From Tenuifilaceae bacterium (lineage in GTDB: Bacteria > Bacteroidota > Bacteroidia > Bacteroidales > Tenuifilaceae), in the NCBI GenBank assembly GCA_035388225.1, contig DAOOPM010000013.1, forward strand, positions 2,236 through 66,235: 64,000 bases of DNA, written 5' to 3'. The notes beneath the pieces were generated by a model. The model was given only the letters and a program-made list of their open reading frames with translations, did no database searches and had not been told where the DNA came from. Made by a program: the position numbers and the translations under genes. Of the stretch, positions 61,455 to 64,000 are shown piece by piece. Within the stretch, counting starts at the first letter, position 1. Each line of letters opens with the position of its first letter.

Positions 61455-62888
61455 ATGAAAGTCTTATACAACATAGCCTTAATTGCATTAGGTTTTGGAA
61501 TAATTGCCTGCGAACGCGATAATTTTTCCGATAGTCCCTCGCTGAAATTGAATTTTTCAGCCGATACAGTCCTTTTCGATACAGTTTTTACTACAATTGG
61601 CTCATCTACTCGATACCTGAAAGTTTACAATAAAAGCAATTCCGATGTTCGCATTTCATCTATAAGATTGGCTGGTGGCTCAATATCACCATTCCGGATT
61701 AATGTTGATGGAATGAGCGGTACTACTTTTTCAGATATACCCCTAAGGTCAAAGGATAGTCTATTTGTATTTGTTGAGGTTACTGTCGACCCAACATCGC
61801 AGAACTCTCCGCTATTAATTCCCGATTCTATAGTTTTTCAAACAAACGGAAATGTTCAGGATGTAAACTTGGTTGCTTGGGGTCAGGATGTGCATCTTTT
61901 TAAATCAAAAACCATCACCACCGATACAGTTTTGCAGGCTGACAAGCCGTATCTTATTTATGATTATCTTTTGGTAAATCCCAACGTTTCGTTAACTATT
62001 GAGGCGGGGGCGAAGTTGCATTTCCATAACTTTTCGCAGTTAATAGTAGCAGGAACTATAAAAGTTAACGGAGAACCCGAGAAACCTGTGATTTTTGAGG
62101 GCGATAGGCTTGAGAAGTTTTACCGCGATAAGGCTGGACAGTGGAATGGTGTTTGGCTTTACGCCGGCAGTAAGAATAATATAATTCAGTGGGCTGAAAT
62201 AAAGAACTCCATTGTAGGTTTAATTGTCGACACTTGTGTTACTCCTGGAATTCCTACGGTTGCAATTAGCCATTCAAAGGTGGAGAATACCAGTTACATT
62301 GGGTTACTTGCCCGTGGTGCAAAAATTGATGCCGATAATTGCCTGTTTGCAAACTCTGCCCAAGTTTCAGTAGCGTTAACAATGGGAGGAGCCTATCGTT
62401 TTTATCATTGCACAGTAGCAAATTACTGGGGCGACTATATGTTCCGAAAAGGTCCAGCGTTGTTGCTGAATAACTATTACCTTTATCAGTTGGTGGAAAA
62501 TGGCCCATACTATGTAGAGCCGAGAGATTTGACCGAGGCAGCGTTTTACAATAGCATTATTTATGGCAGTATAAGCACTGAGTTTTCTGTTGATAACAAA
62601 GTCAACGGCCAAGCTGTTAATGCGCAAATGAACTATTACTTTCAGGATTGTATAGTTAAAGTTCCTTCGGATTATGATTTAAGCGACGAGAGTAAATTCA
62701 AGAATATTCTTAGGCTCGACCCCAAATTTAAAAATCCCTATGAACATATTTACTTGCTCGATACATTAAGCCCTGCAAAAGATGTGGCCAATATTGATAT
62801 TTCTAATTTGTACCCAATAGATTTAAAGAATTTTAACCGCTTAACCGACACAAAACCCGATTTGGGAGCGTTTGAAAGGGAAGAGTAG
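61455..62888 (+). CDS. Lipoprotein with Ig-like and right-handed beta-helix-like regions, function unknown
   Basis: Lipobox IIAC; FSADTVLFDTVFTTIGS, AWGQD, PVIFEGDRLE...GQWNG and C-terminal DLGAFE. Confidence 0.75.
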   Translation: MKVLYNIALIALGFGIIACERDNFSDSPSLKLNFSADTVLFDTVFTTIGSSTRYLKVYNKSNSDVRISSIRLAGGSISPFRINVDGMSGTTFSDIPLRSKDSLFVFVEVTVDPTSQNSPLLIPDSIVFQTNGNVQDVNLVAWGQDVHLFKSKTITTDTVLQADKPYLIYDYLLVNPNVSLTIEAGAKLHFHNFSQLIVAGTIKVNGEPEKPVIFEGDRLEKFYRDKAGQWNGVWLYAGSKNNIIQWAEIKNSIVGLIVDTCVTPGIPTVAISHSKVENTSYIGLLARGAKIDADNCLFANSAQVSVALTMGGAYRFYHCTVANYWGDYMFRKGPALLLNNYYLYQLVENGPYYVEPRDLTEAAFYNSIIYGSISTEFSVDNKVNGQAVNAQMNYYFQDCIVKVPSDYDLSDESKFKNILRLDPKFKNPYEHIYLLDTLSPAKDVANIDISNLYPIDLKNFNRLTDTKPDLGAFEREE

Positions 62889-62950
62889 TTTTTGTAAATA
62901 TGTGATTTGTTTTAACTTTATAACTAGTTAGAACCAATTTCTATTTTTAG

Positions 62951-63976
62951 ATGAAAAGATTTCTACTTATCCTTTTTTTAATTTTCAATTTCTCATTCTC
63001 TTATTCTCAAGTAGTAAGGAGTCGAGTAATGTTCTACAATGTCGAGAATCTTTTTGACCCGTTCAACGATTCCCTTACCCGCGACGATGAGTTCACCCCC
63101 GATGGTGCTCGTCATTGGACCTGGAACAAGATGGGACGAAAAATCAATGGGATTTTTAAGGTGATAATGGCTGTTGGCGAGTTTGACCCACCTGTAATTG
63201 TAGGTTTTTGTGAGGTTGAGAATGGTTTTGTAATTCATCAACTGATTAAAGAAACGCCTTTGTCAAAATTCGATTATAGAATGGTTCATCGCGAATCGCC
63301 TGACCCAAGAGGTATTGATGTGGCATTGATTTATAGGCCAGATAGATTTCAGTTGATTGAAAAGAATTTTTTCAAAGTAGTTTTCCCCGACGATACTGCA
63401 CGTCGTACCCGTGAGATTTTATATGCAAAGGGATTGATTTCCAAAGATACCCTTCACGTTTTTGTAAACCATTGGCCTTCGAAGTTTGGTGGTGAGTTGG
63501 AGTCTGAGTTAGGACGTTATGCTGCTGCATACACTTTAAAACACAAGGTTGACTCCATTCGGGTTTTCTACTCCGATGCACGCATACTAATTATGGGCGA
63601 TTTAAACGATGAACCCGAGTCTGACCCTGTGGTAAAAGGTTTTGGTGCTTGTATTACTGATGATGCATCGTGTGATGGTAATTTTGTCAACATCTCAGCA
63701 ATTTTAAAACAAAAAGGGCAGGGGAGTTATAAGTATCAGGGTGTATGGGGAATAATAGACCAAATAATTCTTTCTCGCAGTTTGCTTACAAAAAAGCATA
63801 AACTTTATACTACACCTACAAATGCAAATGTTTTTAATGCTGAATTCCTTCTAGAGACCGATGATGCATTTGTTGGCAAAAAGCCTTTCCGCACATTTCA
63901 GGGATATCGCTACTACGGGGGCTTCAGCGACCACTTGCCAGTTTATATTGACTTATTTGAAAGCTCAGATTATTAA
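62951..63976 (+). CDS. Endonuclease/exonuclease/phosphatase (EEP) family protein
   Basis: FYNVENLFD, EVEN, NHWPS, MGDLND, IDQIIL and SDHLPV. Confidence 0.93.
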   Translation: MKRFLLILFLIFNFSFSYSQVVRSRVMFYNVENLFDPFNDSLTRDDEFTPDGARHWTWNKMGRKINGIFKVIMAVGEFDPPVIVGFCEVENGFVIHQLIKETPLSKFDYRMVHRESPDPRGIDVALIYRPDRFQLIEKNFFKVVFPDDTARRTREILYAKGLISKDTLHVFVNHWPSKFGGELESELGRYAAAYTLKHKVDSIRVFYSDARILIMGDLNDEPESDPVVKGFGACITDDASCDGNFVNISAILKQKGQGSYKYQGVWGIIDQIILSRSLLTKKHKLYTTPTNANVFNAEFLLETDDAFVGKKPFRTFQGYRYYGGFSDHLPVYIDLFESSDY

Positions 63977-64000
63977 TATTTTACGCTCTTATGTTTTTTG

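Overview
64-kb window from an AT-rich Bacteroidota chromosome, probably Bacteroidales. That call rests on TAnnTTTG -7 promoter elements, Bacteroidota-type lysS and rplU-rpmA-serS, and FISUMP, WG-repeat and SiaC/SpoIIE proteins; the taxon is inferred. Positions 1-3.15 kb look like the right end of an integrated element: a LytS-type kinase tail and an AbiE-type (type IV) toxin-antitoxin pair, ending in the 3' half of a tRNA(CAT) that resembles an attR site. Positions 3.2-10.1 kb are accessory-looking: repeat-delimited DUF4268, FISUMP and SecD-head genes, then a His-less trypsin-like protein divergent from an HTH-STAND ATPase. The rest is mostly core genome: an ABC substrate-binding protein, Crp, PAS kinases, lysS and an RND efflux operon. 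It also holds a SiaC / TPR-PP2C / OmpA / OmpL47-like operon, biotin and lipoate ligases, rplU-rpmA-serS and a VWA/ECF/anti-sigma trio. A SAM-I riboswitch controls a metY-metX-hom-metH-metF operon, which is followed by a frameshifted hybrid kinase. No CRISPR array, rRNA, intact tRNA or transposase was seen. All family calls come from motif recognition by eye; no database search was run.
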